A stretch of DNA of 64,000 nucleotides. It comes from Verrucomicrobiales bacterium (lineage in GTDB: Bacteria > Verrucomicrobiota > Verrucomicrobiia > Verrucomicrobiales > V1-33). A program made the position numbers and the translations under genes. How positions within the stretch are numbered: the stretch's first letter is position 1; the number at the start of each line of letters is the position of its first letter. Location of the stretch: positions 1-64,000 of the forward strand of contig JANOAV010000123.1 in assembly GCA_031411295.1 (NCBI GenBank). The letters run 5' to 3'. A model generated the notes under the pieces. That model was not told the origin of the DNA and searched no databases. It saw only the letters and a list, made by a program, of their open reading frames with translations. Below are positions 29,417 through 39,627 of the stretch, one piece after another.

Positions 29417-29620
29417 CTAAGCCTTTTTCTTCAGCATGGGAAGACCGGTCCGCTCATTTTCGATGACCGTGTATCCGTCTGGGAGTTTGTCGATGGCACC
29501 TTCCTTCTTCTCGCCACCGAAGTAGTAGAGATTGGTAATGCCGCCGCCTTTACGCTCTTGGGCCTTAAGGTGGAGAAAGTATGTTTTGCCGGACTTTTTG
29601 CTGACTACGCTAAAGGACAT
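29417..29620 (-). CDS. Small basic hypothetical protein
   Basis: 67 aa, Lys-rich, ATG start, between rpmB and a terminator. Confidence 0.8.
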   Translation of the reverse strand: MSFSVVSKKSGKTYFLHLKAQERKGGGITNLYYFGGEKKEGAIDKLPDGYTVIENERTGLPMLKKKA

Positions 29621-29686
29621 AATGGTAATGTGGGTTGAGTTGAATTTTCTGCTCCGAAGTTAACGGATTTTCACAATTAATCTAAA

Positions 29687-29953
29687 TTAATCGAGAAGGC
29701 CAGCTTTTTTAAGCGTGGCGTAGGCGCCATTTTTAGTGGCGGTTTTAAGCGCACGAGCCGTTAGGCGGATGCGGACGTAGGCTCCGAGTTCGGGGATCCA
29801 CAGTTTCTTGTCGCGCAAATTCGGGGAGAACGTGCGGTTGGTTTTCTTAACGTGGTTCAAGCCGATGCCGCCGGAAGCTTTGGATTTACCGCTGTGAGTG
29901 ATGTTCCGACCGCGGTAGGGGCGGGCGCCTGTAATCATGCAAATTCGTGCCAT
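29687..29953 (-). CDS. rpmB: 50S ribosomal protein L28
   Basis: 'MARIC.ITG', 'GGIG', 'RTFSPNL', 'LTARALKT'. Confidence 0.95.
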   Translation of the reverse strand: MARICMITGARPYRGRNITHSGKSKASGGIGLNHVKKTNRTFSPNLRDKKLWIPELGAYVRIRLTARALKTATKNGAYATLKKAGLLD

Positions 29954-30031
29954 GGTATTTGTTTGGTTGTCTAGAAAGTAGAGGAGGAAAAAGAAATTGG
30001 AGGGCGGAATCTAGGAGTCTCCCCCGGGTGG

Positions 30032-31585
30032 TCAAGCGATTCCTTTACTTTTTTGAGAAGGCCGAGGTTGGAGTTTTTTGGGTGGGCGGGGTGGCTTTGG
30101 TCCAGTCAAACTAAGCGCTTGATCGAAACGGGAGGTCAAATCGTCGATTTCCTCCAGACCCACGCTGACGCGCAGCAAATGTGCCTCCAGTCCGCACTCA
30201 GCCGCCCATGGAAGTTCGGTGTAGTGGGCCAGAAGGGTATAGGGGCAACAGATGGAGAAGTTCGTCCCGAGACTGGGGCCTTTGGCCAATTGGAGGGCGT
30301 CATACACGGCAGGAGCGGCGGAGGGGTCTTGGAGCGTGAAGCTCAGGAGGCATCCCCGCCCGCCACCGGGGCGCAGAATGTCAGTGATGCCTTCGGTGGC
30401 CAGTTTGGGATAATAAACGCGCTTTACGGCCGGATGTTGTTCCAGAAACCCCGCCAAAGCGGCCGCGTTCTGGCTGCTCCGGCGGACACGTTTGGGGAAG
30501 TCTCGCGAATTGTGTTCGAGTTCCACGGCGTCTTCGCCCCAGAAAATGTCATTTTCAGCGAGTTCGACTTCGAACCAGGAACGCAGTGTTTCATAGTGCG
30601 GGGAACGGGGATTGATCGTGACCGCTCCGGCCAGAACATCACCCGTGCCGGAGAAGGATTTCGTCAGGCTGGTGGTGACGATATCAGCAAATTTCAAGGC
30701 ATCCACGTTGATCACCGTGGCGACGGTGTCGTCGATGATCAAAGGCACGCCATGTGGCTGCAGCAGGGCGCTGAGCCGTGCCATGGGCACGCAACTCAGC
30801 AGGGGGTTACTGGGAGCTTCGCAGAAGACTCCGTGCAATTCTTGGGCGGCTGCGCGTGTGGCTACTTGTTGAAGCACTTCCTCGGTTACCACCGGGTAGA
30901 AATGCACCCCGTCCCCGAATTGTTCCTGCACTTTGAGCACATCAACATAAGGGAAATCCAGCTGCACGCTCTGCCGGTCCGGCCAGAGATCCATCAACAG
31001 GCGATGCACCGCAAATACTGCGGCCATGCCAGACGGGAAGAGGAAAATATCTTGCGGGGAAACCTTGGCAAGCCGGGCGAGGCGAGCGCGAATGGTTGCT
31101 TTGGCCGCGTCACCATCGGGGGCGTCTGGGAGTTTCTGCAATGCGGCGGTGGCTCTTCGGCTGCTGACCGTTTCTCCGCTAAAGCGCCAGTAAAGGCGCA
31201 TGGAAGGTCGGCACTCCGCCGGGCCGAGCAGCGCCCAGAGATTGGAATCGGTGAGTTCCAGGGTTTGCAGGGAATACATATCCTCTCGGTCCAGCACGTA
31301 GGTGGCAGCTCGACTGACGGCGGCCTCGCTGGGGAAAAGGAGACATGTTTGGCCGGGCTCGCCATGTTCAGCGAGGACGGATTCCTCCAGTTGCAGATTT
31401 ACTCGGGGAATAAAGAAGCGGGGGTAGCCTGCCTGCATTTTGGAGAGGACGGTGGCCTCGCCCTCCTCATAACCAATGACGTGCTTCCAGCACGGCAGGG
31501 AGACGGAAACGGCATGGGGAGAGGGTGGGAGCGGTTGCCCCAGGGTGTCCTCCTGCCAGATGGGGTTGGTTAATAGATCTTGCAT
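30032..31585 (-). CDS. Cys/Met metabolism PLP-dependent enzyme (cystathionine gamma-synthase-like, long form)
   Basis: 'HAVSVSLP.W..V.GYEEG', 'GYPRF', 'PSGMAA', 'EAPSNP', 'DDT', 'SLTKSFSG', 'RVSVGLE'. Confidence 0.88.
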   Translation of the reverse strand: MQDLLTNPIWQEDTLGQPLPPSPHAVSVSLPCWKHVIGYEEGEATVLSKMQAGYPRFFIPRVNLQLEESVLAEHGEPGQTCLLFPSEAAVSRAATYVLDREDMYSLQTLELTDSNLWALLGPAECRPSMRLYWRFSGETVSSRRATAALQKLPDAPDGDAAKATIRARLARLAKVSPQDIFLFPSGMAAVFAVHRLLMDLWPDRQSVQLDFPYVDVLKVQEQFGDGVHFYPVVTEEVLQQVATRAAAQELHGVFCEAPSNPLLSCVPMARLSALLQPHGVPLIIDDTVATVINVDALKFADIVTTSLTKSFSGTGDVLAGAVTINPRSPHYETLRSWFEVELAENDIFWGEDAVELEHNSRDFPKRVRRSSQNAAALAGFLEQHPAVKRVYYPKLATEGITDILRPGGGRGCLLSFTLQDPSAAPAVYDALQLAKGPSLGTNFSICCPYTLLAHYTELPWAAECGLEAHLLRVSVGLEEIDDLTSRFDQALSLTGPKPPRPPKKLQPRPSQKSKGIA

Positions 31586-31692
31586 TGGTGGTCTCAAGGA
31601 TACCAGAGTCATGACGGGAGCAACTGCGAACTTCAGCGTTCAGTCATCCCTTCCTTGACCTGAGTTCCGGGAACGCGATGATGGCAGGATCT

Positions 31693-32502
31693 ATGCGCTT
31701 TAAACTAACGGTTGCTTACGACGGGAGAGCCTTTCAAGGGTGGCAAAGCCAGCCCAGCGGTCGGGGCGTGCAGCAAACCATCGAGTCCACGGTGGCGCGG
31801 ATTGCCGATGGGGTGCCGGTGCGAGTCCACGGAGCGGGGCGCACGGATCGTGGGGTGCATGCGACCGGCCAGGTCGCGCATTTCGATGCGCCAGAACGCT
31901 TGGACATGAATGCCGGGGCATGGTTCCGGGCGTTGAATACGAACTTGCCAAAGCAGGTCCGGGTGATGGAATGCGAGTTGGTGGACGATTCGTTCAACGC
32001 GCAATTCGATGCCACGGGAAAACATTATGAATACCGCATCTGTCGGCTGCAGGCGCTGCCGCCGTTGGAGTTAGGCTTGGCATGGCATGTGCCCTGGCCG
32101 ATGGACCTTGCGCTGTTGGAGCGCGCGTGTCAGGAAATGATCGGGGAGCATGACTTCACGGCGTTTTCCGCCCAGCGTAAAGATGGTCGGGAGTTGATCT
32201 CCGGGTTTTCCCAACGCACCATTTCCTCCATTAAGTTAGAGGAGCGTGCGGGGATGTTATCGCTGCATTTTCGAGGGAATAGTTTTCTCTACAAAATGGT
32301 GCGGCTACTCACTGGCAGCGCGCTGCGGGTGGCGCTGGGACGTCAGCCTCTGAGTTGGCTGGAGACGCTGCTGCATGATCCGCAGGGACAGAAAAGTCAG
32401 CATGTGGCACCCGCTGGTGGGCTTTATTTGCGGGCAGTGGAATATGTTCCGAGCGACAACAAAACAACGGGACCGTTGCCGGTCCCGTCGCTTGAAGTTT
32501 AA
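31693..32502 (+). CDS. truA: tRNA pseudouridine(38-40) synthase
   Basis: 'AYDG..F.GWQ.Q', 'GAGRTDRGVHA.GQ', 'FLYKMVR', 'AP..GLYL'. Confidence 0.95.
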   Translation: MRFKLTVAYDGRAFQGWQSQPSGRGVQQTIESTVARIADGVPVRVHGAGRTDRGVHATGQVAHFDAPERLDMNAGAWFRALNTNLPKQVRVMECELVDDSFNAQFDATGKHYEYRICRLQALPPLELGLAWHVPWPMDLALLERACQEMIGEHDFTAFSAQRKDGRELISGFSQRTISSIKLEERAGMLSLHFRGNSFLYKMVRLLTGSALRVALGRQPLSWLETLLHDPQGQKSQHVAPAGGLYLRAVEYVPSDNKTTGPLPVPSLEV

Positions 32503-32517
32503 ACCAGCTTCCAAGGA

Positions 32518-33228
32518 TTAATTCCTCGAAGAGAGGCTCATGAGGAGCTGGATAATATACCACAGCATGGTCACGAAGGCCGAGAAGAGGTGGAGGGAAG
32601 CGGCAATATACATTTGGCCGGGCCACTCGCGATAGATTTGCTGAGTCTGGTAAAGGATGGTGCCAGCCATCAGCAGAACCATGGCGGACATAAAGAAGAC
32701 CCCCAGGCTGAAGCCAAAGAATATCGAGGTAACGATGATCCCAAGAGCGACCCACATGCCGACCTTCAGAAACCGCTGCATGAAGCTGAGATCCTTTTCC
32801 GTGGTCAAGGCCACCGTGGAGAGGCCGATGAATAGTCCGCCCGTAATGAGGGCAGCCTTCGTAACGATCGAGCCACCCAACTCGTTGCGGAAGACCAAGG
32901 CGAGCATGGGCAGAAAAATGAAGGCTTCGGCCACCACAAAAAGTCCAAGTCCGGCGTATTGAGTGCCCTGGCTGGCACCGTTGGTGACCATGCGATTGGC
33001 AAAATGAGTGATCCCCATGAAACCCAGCATGACTAAGAGCCAAGACCAGCGACTGGTGCTGAGCAGTCGGAGTGAACCCTCACGGAGTGCAGGAATCGAG
33101 AGCAGGAAGGCTTCGAGCGCGACGAAGGCAAGCAGGGCAAGGGCGAGGTGACCATAGACTCGTCTCATGAACAGGGAGCGTTCAGCGAGTTGATCTTCAG
33201 CAGAAGCGTAGGTGTTGGAGTAGTTCAT
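32518..33228 (-). CDS. Bax inhibitor-1/YccA family membrane protein
   Basis: About 7 TM segments; 'FMRRVY', 'KDLSFM..FL', 'ILYQTQ', 'ASLHLF'. Confidence 0.85.
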   Translation of the reverse strand: MNYSNTYASAEDQLAERSLFMRRVYGHLALALLAFVALEAFLLSIPALREGSLRLLSTSRWSWLLVMLGFMGITHFANRMVTNGASQGTQYAGLGLFVVAEAFIFLPMLALVFRNELGGSIVTKAALITGGLFIGLSTVALTTEKDLSFMQRFLKVGMWVALGIIVTSIFFGFSLGVFFMSAMVLLMAGTILYQTQQIYREWPGQMYIAASLHLFSAFVTMLWYIIQLLMSLSSRN

Positions 33229-33293
33229 AATTTGTATTTTCCGGAGTTACGTTATGAGCCACCCTACTGGATGCTCCCAAAATGACAAGAAAT

Positions 33294-34550
33294 TTAATAC
33301 AACAAGTAACCCTGCCGAGCACTTAGGAAACGATTGATGCTACCCTGCCAGCTGGCAATAATTCGCCCGGGAGCCCGGCGGCTGTTGAGATCGCGCCAGA
33401 GACTGCTGCTGCCGTAAACTTTGTGGAATAGATTCAGCGTGTCGCCACGGGTGGCCCGGAGCGGAGCCCCGCCGGTGCGTTTCACGATTTCGCTCGTGAG
33501 GATGATATCCAACGCCAAGAGGTCGGTGGTGCCATGGGGATCAATCATGATTTGCACCCCGGCAAAGCCCGGCTTGCGGCTGCTGGTGTAAGGGGCGAAG
33601 CGCACGCCCGGGAGGCGCATTTGATTCATGCTGGCGGCAAACTCGTTGGGGTTGATCCCTTTTCCTCCGGCGTATTCAAAGGGTCGGCCCGTGCCGATGC
33701 CAATATCCACCCCATCCAGACCGCCCAGCACCCCAGTGGCGGCATAATAAAATGGTGAGTTAGGACCGGGGATGTTCGGGCTGGTGGCCACCCAGCGCAA
33801 TCCGGTATCCGTCCAAGTCATGCCTCGGTTCCACCCGCGCATGGGCACGACCATCAGGCTGGGGGCGCGCTTGATCCAACCTTGGCCATTGATCATCCGG
33901 GCGAGTTCCCCCGCTGTCATGCCGTGGACATACGGCACGGGAATCTGGCCGACAAAGGATTTCCAACTCGATTCCAGCGGCGGACCTTGCACGCGTTGCC
34001 CCCCCAGCGGATTGGGCCGATCCAACACGATGAACTGTTTCCCATTTTCTGCCGCCGCCTCCATCGCTAACGCCATGGTGGAAATGTAGGTGTAACTGCG
34101 GGAACCAATATCTTGCAGGTCGAAGAGCAGCACATCAATATTCGAAAGCATGGCGGCAGAGGGTTTCCGGCTGTCGCCATACAGAGAGTAAGCCGGCAGC
34201 CCAGTGACGGAATCCCGGCGGGAGGCCACGTGATTTCCGGCTGGCTCTTTGCCATCCAGTCCATGTTCCGGCGTGTAGAGCGTGGTGAGACCCTGCCCGA
34301 TCCCGCGTTGCAAGGCGACACGCGACGGCGTGCCATTGCGGGTTCTACTCGTCTGGTTGGTGATCAATCCAACGCGTTTGCCACGCAGCACCGCGTAGCC
34401 ATCCTCGCCCAACCGATCAATTCCCAAGGCAAACGAACCGGTTTGCGCCTGCGGCTGGGGATAATTTGCGGAGCCCCCTCCGCCAATTTGGCAACTGGTG
34501 AGCAGCGAGGTGAGGCAAAAGAGTAGCAAAGAAAGACAAAATTTCATCAT
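33294..34550 (-). CDS. DUF1343 / NamZ-like exo-beta-N-acetylmuramidase, lipoprotein
   Basis: Lipobox LTSC; 'VGLITNQT', 'PEHG', 'FDLQDIGSRSYTY', 'LDRPNP', 'HGMTAGE', 'SPNIP'. Confidence 0.9.
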   Translation of the reverse strand: MMKFCLSLLLFCLTSLLTSCQIGGGGSANYPQPQAQTGSFALGIDRLGEDGYAVLRGKRVGLITNQTSRTRNGTPSRVALQRGIGQGLTTLYTPEHGLDGKEPAGNHVASRRDSVTGLPAYSLYGDSRKPSAAMLSNIDVLLFDLQDIGSRSYTYISTMALAMEAAAENGKQFIVLDRPNPLGGQRVQGPPLESSWKSFVGQIPVPYVHGMTAGELARMINGQGWIKRAPSLMVVPMRGWNRGMTWTDTGLRWVATSPNIPGPNSPFYYAATGVLGGLDGVDIGIGTGRPFEYAGGKGINPNEFAASMNQMRLPGVRFAPYTSSRKPGFAGVQIMIDPHGTTDLLALDIILTSEIVKRTGGAPLRATRGDTLNLFHKVYGSSSLWRDLNSRRAPGRIIASWQGSINRFLSARQGYLLY

Positions 34551-34595
34551 CCTTAATAATCAAGGATACCAAATGAATTTCAAGCAGAATTGAGC

Positions 34596-34618
34596 GTGGA
34601 GTCAGTCCGCTGGACTGA
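34596..34618 (+). repeat. REP-like GTGG-hairpin element, copy 1
   Basis: GTGGAG-TCAGTCCG-C-TGGACTGA, related to copies at 44355, 48184 and 56452. Confidence 0.55.
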
Positions 34619-34706
34619 TCGCTGGAGTTTGGTTATCCCAGCGAAAACTTGAGAGGGAGGGCAAGTTCCCGCCATCGCGACATGGGAAGGTCTCGGGGCC
34701 AAACTA

Positions 34707-34736
34707 CAGGGGCGAGAGGTTTCCCTCTCGCCCCTG
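34707..34736 (-). terminator. Probable terminator hairpin after the PTPDL gene
   Basis: CAGGGGCGAGAGG-TTTC-CCTCTCGCCCCTG, 13-bp stem. Confidence 0.65.
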
Positions 34737-34757
34737 CACTAATTGCTAGGAGAATGA

Positions 34758-36146
34758 CTATTCGTCCTCTTCATTCTTCTTTCGTTTCTTCATGAAGGCA
34801 AAGCCTGCCCCCAAGACCACGAGCAGGCCGGCTCCACCAATGAGGTAGGTGCTGTTACTGCTTTCTTCCTCCTCCTGCTGTTTGTCGGCTTCAAGCTTTT
34901 TGGCAGCCAAGGCTTTTTTGGTTTCTTCCAATTTCTTATCGGCTGCGGCCTTGTCCTCCTTGGCTTTATCGACGGTCTTTGGGGGTGCGGGATCTCCTTT
35001 GGGAGGGATGGCCGGGGTGTTGACCACCGGTTTCGGCGCATTTTTGGCAGATTCGTCAGCGGCGTTTTTGAAGGCCAACGTTTTTGCTTTGAGCTTGGGA
35101 TCGTTCTTCACGACGTCTTTCTTCATGGCTTGGTCCATGAGGTAGAAAGCCCCTTGGGCGTTGCCTTTACCTCCTTCAGTGAGGGCGCGGGTAACCAAGT
35201 CAGCCACTTCTGCATACTTCGCTTTGTCACGAATCAAGCCTTGGACGGCCACCCGTTCCTTCGCCACGGAAATCTGGCTGGCCTTGAGGCTTTGCAGATC
35301 ATAATCATCAGCACTGAGGATGGGGACTTTGAGCTTCTTTTCATCGTCGTTCTTGAGCTTCAAATCGGATTTGCGCTTGTCGATCGCCAATTGGAGTTCT
35401 GCCGCCGCCACTTTATCCAAGGTGGCTTTATTGGCTTCCAACTCTTTCATGCGGGCGGGCTGCTCGCGGATTTTACCGAGTAGTTCCTTGTCATAGTCAT
35501 CCAGCATTTTGCTATACATTTCCACGGCTTCGACAAAGGCTGGGGTGGCGAGGTATTCGGACTTGAGCTTGATCATCTTATCCAACGCTCCCTTGGTGTC
35601 CAGCGCCTTAATGTCGTCCTGCATTTGTTTGCGGAGGATCTTGGCGTCAATGTTATAGTCGTTCCACTTGCTTTCCTCTGGACTGATCCAAGTGCCTTCC
35701 AGTTTTTGCCAGCCGTTGTTGACCTTTTCCAGTTCTGCTTCGAGCGTTTTCAGGATGCCTTTGACCTCTTCGGCCAGTTTGCTGGCGGGGTATTTGGTAA
35801 GAAATGGTTTTAACTGACCTTCGATGATCTTGGTGTAGGCGGTGGCACCGAAGAGATCCGGGGTGGGCACGAGCGCTCGCAGGGCTGGCATTTCCAACTC
35901 ATCCGGCGCCAGGCGCTTGAGTTCGGCTATCTCAGAAAGTTTGAAGACTCGCTCTTCTTTAATTGATTTGGAAGGCCGCCAGACGAATTTTATGCTGTCT
36001 GGGGGAACGTCCGTGGCGACCCCTTCCAAGGTGGTGCCGTCTTTTAATTTCAGGGTATCCGCCAGCACCACGCTCATCAAGGCGAGGGGCAGGCTGAGGC
36101 TGCAGGCGAGGCGGAGGCCCCGGGCAGGAGTGGAGATTCGTTTCAT
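34758..36146 (-). CDS. PTPDL-family protein (secreted, C-terminal membrane anchor)
   Basis: Signal peptide then 'ADTLKLKDG..LEG'; 'LVPTPDL' motif; coiled coil; Pro-rich linker; C-terminal TM followed by KKRKK. Confidence 0.8.
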   Translation of the reverse strand: MKRISTPARGLRLACSLSLPLALMSVVLADTLKLKDGTTLEGVATDVPPDSIKFVWRPSKSIKEERVFKLSEIAELKRLAPDELEMPALRALVPTPDLFGATAYTKIIEGQLKPFLTKYPASKLAEEVKGILKTLEAELEKVNNGWQKLEGTWISPEESKWNDYNIDAKILRKQMQDDIKALDTKGALDKMIKLKSEYLATPAFVEAVEMYSKMLDDYDKELLGKIREQPARMKELEANKATLDKVAAAELQLAIDKRKSDLKLKNDDEKKLKVPILSADDYDLQSLKASQISVAKERVAVQGLIRDKAKYAEVADLVTRALTEGGKGNAQGAFYLMDQAMKKDVVKNDPKLKAKTLAFKNAADESAKNAPKPVVNTPAIPPKGDPAPPKTVDKAKEDKAAADKKLEETKKALAAKKLEADKQQEEEESSNSTYLIGGAGLLVVLGAGFAFMKKRKKNEEDE

Positions 36147-36406
36147 TAGTGCTTTGGTTAAGTGGGTTTGCGTGAAGGGGACCTTCCATCGATGATGGAT
36201 CGTGCGACCACGATTTTCCAAGGATGGACCCTGCGCAGGAATGCGACATTTCCGTCAGGGCTCGCCATGTTGCAACGATTTCCCCCGGGCACTCAAGAGA
36301 AAAATTGGGTGGGGAGCGTGAAATTGACGAAAATCCAGACCCCAGGGCAGGAAAAATCACCGAATTGGCTTTTGCGGGAGTGCAGAATGCGTGCGAAAAA
36401 TAACGT

Positions 36407-37657
36407 ATGACGGATTTTGATGTAATCATTTTGGGCGGAGGGCCCGCAGGCAGCACGGCGGCAACGTATCTCGCCCGCAGTGGGCAACGGGTGCTGATTT
36501 TGGAACGCGAGTCGTTTCCAAGGTTTCATGTGGGGGAGTCGCTGCTGCCATATAATCGGCGGATTTTTGAGGAAATGGGGTTGCTGGAGGAAATCGACGA
36601 CCAGGGTTACATGGTGAAGCACGGGGCTCAGTTTTGGCTAGGAAATGGGCGGCGGCATGTGGAAATCTTGTTTCGCGAAGGGCATTTCAACGAGGAGTTC
36701 ACCGCGTTTCAGGTGGAACGAAGTCAGTTCGACGAGTTGCTGTTGCGCCATGCCTCAAAGCAGGGGGCTGAGGTGCGGGAAGCTTGCACGGTTATGGCGA
36801 CTGAAGTGACCGAGCAGGCAGTTAGTGCAACCTACCAAAACGCCTCGGGAGAGCATCGGGTAACCGGGAAATTCCTGATTGATGCGACGGGACAGGCGAA
36901 TTTCACGGGCAACGCAGCGGGCCTCAAAGTGCCGTATGCCGGGCACCGGAAGGTGGCGATTTTTGGGCACTTCACCGGGGTGAAGTTGCCCCCTGGGGAC
37001 AAGATGGGGGACATCATTATTATCCGGCTGGAGGACGGTTGGTTCTGGCTGATACCGTTGAGTGAGGAAAAAGTTAGCGTCGGACTGGTCTGCGATGTGG
37101 CTCGCTTCAAGGCCAGCGGATTGAGCCCGGAGGCCATGTTCGACAGCGTGGTGGCGGAGCAGCGGGCCGCGCAGGAGCGGATGGAGCAAGCAATCCGGGT
37201 GGGGAAAATTCATGTTATTTCAGATTACTCCTACCAGAATCGGCAATTCGTGAGTCCCCGGCTGGTGAGGGTGGGGGATGCGGCGGGATTTCTGGACCCC
37301 ATTTTCAGCAGTGGCGTGTATCTCGCGATGACTTCCGGGCGGGATGCCGCGCGCGGGGTGGCGGGAGCCCTGGCCAGAAATAAGTCCATGACTGCGGAAC
37401 TGCGTCGCTACCAGAAGCAGTTGCGAAAGGAAATGGGCCTGTATTGGAGCCTGATCCAACGCTACTATACCACGCCGTTCATTGATCTATTCATGGATCC
37501 CGATCCGCCGCTGCAATTACGGTCAGCGGTGAACAGTGTCTTGGCGGGACGCCTGCACCAATCATGGAGTGTGCGCTGGCGGTTGTGGGTGTTCTATTTT
37601 CTGGTCAAACTCCAGCGCCGTTTCGCTTTGGCACCGCGGACAAATTTCTCAAGATAG
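36407..37657 (+). CDS. FAD-dependent oxidoreductase, flavin-dependent halogenase-like
   Basis: 'GGGPAGS', 'FPRFHVGESLLP', 'GWFWLIP', 'GDAAGFLDPIFSSGV'. Confidence 0.88.
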   Translation: MTDFDVIILGGGPAGSTAATYLARSGQRVLILERESFPRFHVGESLLPYNRRIFEEMGLLEEIDDQGYMVKHGAQFWLGNGRRHVEILFREGHFNEEFTAFQVERSQFDELLLRHASKQGAEVREACTVMATEVTEQAVSATYQNASGEHRVTGKFLIDATGQANFTGNAAGLKVPYAGHRKVAIFGHFTGVKLPPGDKMGDIIIIRLEDGWFWLIPLSEEKVSVGLVCDVARFKASGLSPEAMFDSVVAEQRAAQERMEQAIRVGKIHVISDYSYQNRQFVSPRLVRVGDAAGFLDPIFSSGVYLAMTSGRDAARGVAGALARNKSMTAELRRYQKQLRKEMGLYWSLIQRYYTTPFIDLFMDPDPPLQLRSAVNSVLAGRLHQSWSVRWRLWVFYFLVKLQRRFALAPRTNFSR

Positions 37658-37806
37658 GGCTCGGCAGATATTAACTTTGGATTAAGATAAAAATTTCCGA
37701 AGAAATCCCACCAGAAACGTTGACACTGGGGTGAAAAAAATTGTAACGATTTCGACAACTAGTCTCCGGGATTTTCTCCCGCAGACCACGGCCTCGCATT
37801 TCCGCC

Positions 37807-38760
37807 ATGATCGAAGTAAAAGAACCACCACCAAAACCGACCACCGACGCATCTCCTGCTGGCAGCGCAGCGGCTCCATCCGCTCCGCCCAGCAAGAAAG
37901 GCGCGCCCGCGCTGGGGCCCAGCCGCAAGGGGGTGAAGGATCAGATCATCGAGCGCTATGAGAAGAAATATCTGATCCATCCGCGTCTGATGCCGCAGAT
38001 CCGCAAGTGGATGGAGCCATTCGTCATTCCTGATCCCAACGCCAAGGGAGCGGTGCCAGAATATACCACGACGACCATGCAGTTGGACACCCCGTTCATG
38101 CATCTGGCCATTGCCGGGGAGCGCTACATGTCCTCCCGCTTCAAAATGCGGATCCGCACTTACGGTTACGATGCCAATCCGAAGAATGCGGTGTTCATTG
38201 AACTCAAGCGGCGGGTGCAGAATGGAATGGTGGTCAAAAGCCGTTCCATGATGACCCGGGCCATGTGGCATCCCCGGTGCATTACGCATCCCAACACTGC
38301 TCCGATGCTCAAGTCGCCCAAGGACAATTCGAACTTTATGGACTTTTGTCGTTTGGCCAGCGAACTCGGAGCGCGTCCGAAAATGCTCATCCGCTACATC
38401 CGCGAGTCTTACTTCAGCGCTAATGACGATTACGCACGGATCACGTTTGACCGTCGGGTTTCCTACCGTCCGCATCACACGTGGAATCTGGTGGGTCCGG
38501 AATATACCGACTGGAAATGCTGGCGACCAATTGATACCACCTTTGGGATGGGGCAGGATTTTTCCCCCTACATTCTGGAGTTAAAGTCCATGGCTGATTC
38601 CCCCACTTGGATGTTGGAAATGGCAGAGCGCTTCAACCTGGCTCCGGTCGGCTTCTGCAAATATGCCACCGCCATGAGGTTGGAGAACGCCTCCATCAAC
38701 GGCATTTCCTACGATCATGAGACCCACAACCTCATGCCTTACCAACAAGTGTTTTATTGA
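37807..38760 (+). CDS. VTC-domain (polyphosphate polymerase-like, CYTH fold) protein
   Basis: 'RYEKKYL', 'RFKMRIRTY', 'FIELKRR', 'IRYIRESY', 'RITFD', 'ILELK', 'FCKY'. Confidence 0.88.
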   Translation: MIEVKEPPPKPTTDASPAGSAAAPSAPPSKKGAPALGPSRKGVKDQIIERYEKKYLIHPRLMPQIRKWMEPFVIPDPNAKGAVPEYTTTTMQLDTPFMHLAIAGERYMSSRFKMRIRTYGYDANPKNAVFIELKRRVQNGMVVKSRSMMTRAMWHPRCITHPNTAPMLKSPKDNSNFMDFCRLASELGARPKMLIRYIRESYFSANDDYARITFDRRVSYRPHHTWNLVGPEYTDWKCWRPIDTTFGMGQDFSPYILELKSMADSPTWMLEMAERFNLAPVGFCKYATAMRLENASINGISYDHETHNLMPYQQVFY

Positions 38761-38907
38761 CTTTAGCTCCCGCTTTTCGAGAAATCGCCACGATTACTTG
38801 AAATTCCTTTGCATTACTCCGCTGCGTTTGCAGAATCCACCTTCCCGACCCGACTTCCCCCAGTTCACCAACTGACCCCTCACTAACATTTTTAATTACT
38901 ACCGTTC

Positions 38908-39603
38908 ATGCCCGTTGATGCTCTCCCCTTATTCGACGCCCTGGGTGCCACGCACTCCCTTGAGGCGATCGAAGTCTTTTATACCTTGGTCATCGCTTTC
39001 GTGCTTGGGTTGACCACGGCCAATGTTTATCGCTATACCCATCAGGGGTTCAGCTTCCAGCGCACGTTCCTGCACACGCTGGTCTTGGCGCATATCGTCA
39101 TCGCGATCATGATCATGGCCATCGGCAACAACATGGCTCGCGGCTTGGGGATTTTGGGCGCGATGGCGTTCATTCGTTTTCGGAGTGCGATTCGAGATCC
39201 GCGAGACGTGATGTTCCTCTTCGTTTCACTTGCCGTGGGTATTTCCTGTGGCGCGCAAGTCTTCATGGTGGCCATTCTTGGGACGGTGTTCTTTGGTGCC
39301 GTCAGCTTCTTCCTGGCTTGGTCGCCCTTTGCCTCCCGGCGGGAATTCGAAGGCTTGCTGCGGTTCATGCTCCCGCCAGAGTCTGCTTCCCGCACCGAGT
39401 TAGATCGCATTTTCTCCACCTACTGTTCGCGCACCGAGGTGATTGCCACCCGGGAAGCCATTCAAGGCGAGGTCATCGAGTATGCTTACCAAGTGCGCTT
39501 GATCGATCCCACCTACAAAACTGACCTGGTCGATGCGGTGGCCAAACTGCCGGATGCTCAGGAAGTGAGCTTGGTGATGCAACGCACCACCGTCGAAGTT
39601 TAA
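38908..39603 (+). CDS. DUF4956 membrane protein
   Basis: 'GNNMARGLGILGAMAFIRFRSAIRDPRD' hallmark; several TM segments; soluble C-terminus. Confidence 0.88.
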   Translation: MPVDALPLFDALGATHSLEAIEVFYTLVIAFVLGLTTANVYRYTHQGFSFQRTFLHTLVLAHIVIAIMIMAIGNNMARGLGILGAMAFIRFRSAIRDPRDVMFLFVSLAVGISCGAQVFMVAILGTVFFGAVSFFLAWSPFASRREFEGLLRFMLPPESASRTELDRIFSTYCSRTEVIATREAIQGEVIEYAYQVRLIDPTYKTDLVDAVAKLPDAQEVSLVMQRTTVEV

Positions 39604-39627
39604 TAACCTTTTTGCTCGTCATCCCTC

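Noticed and set aside
30053..31573. 506-aa + strand ORF
   Set aside because: Entirely antisense to a well-supported PLP enzyme; typical high-GC shadow.
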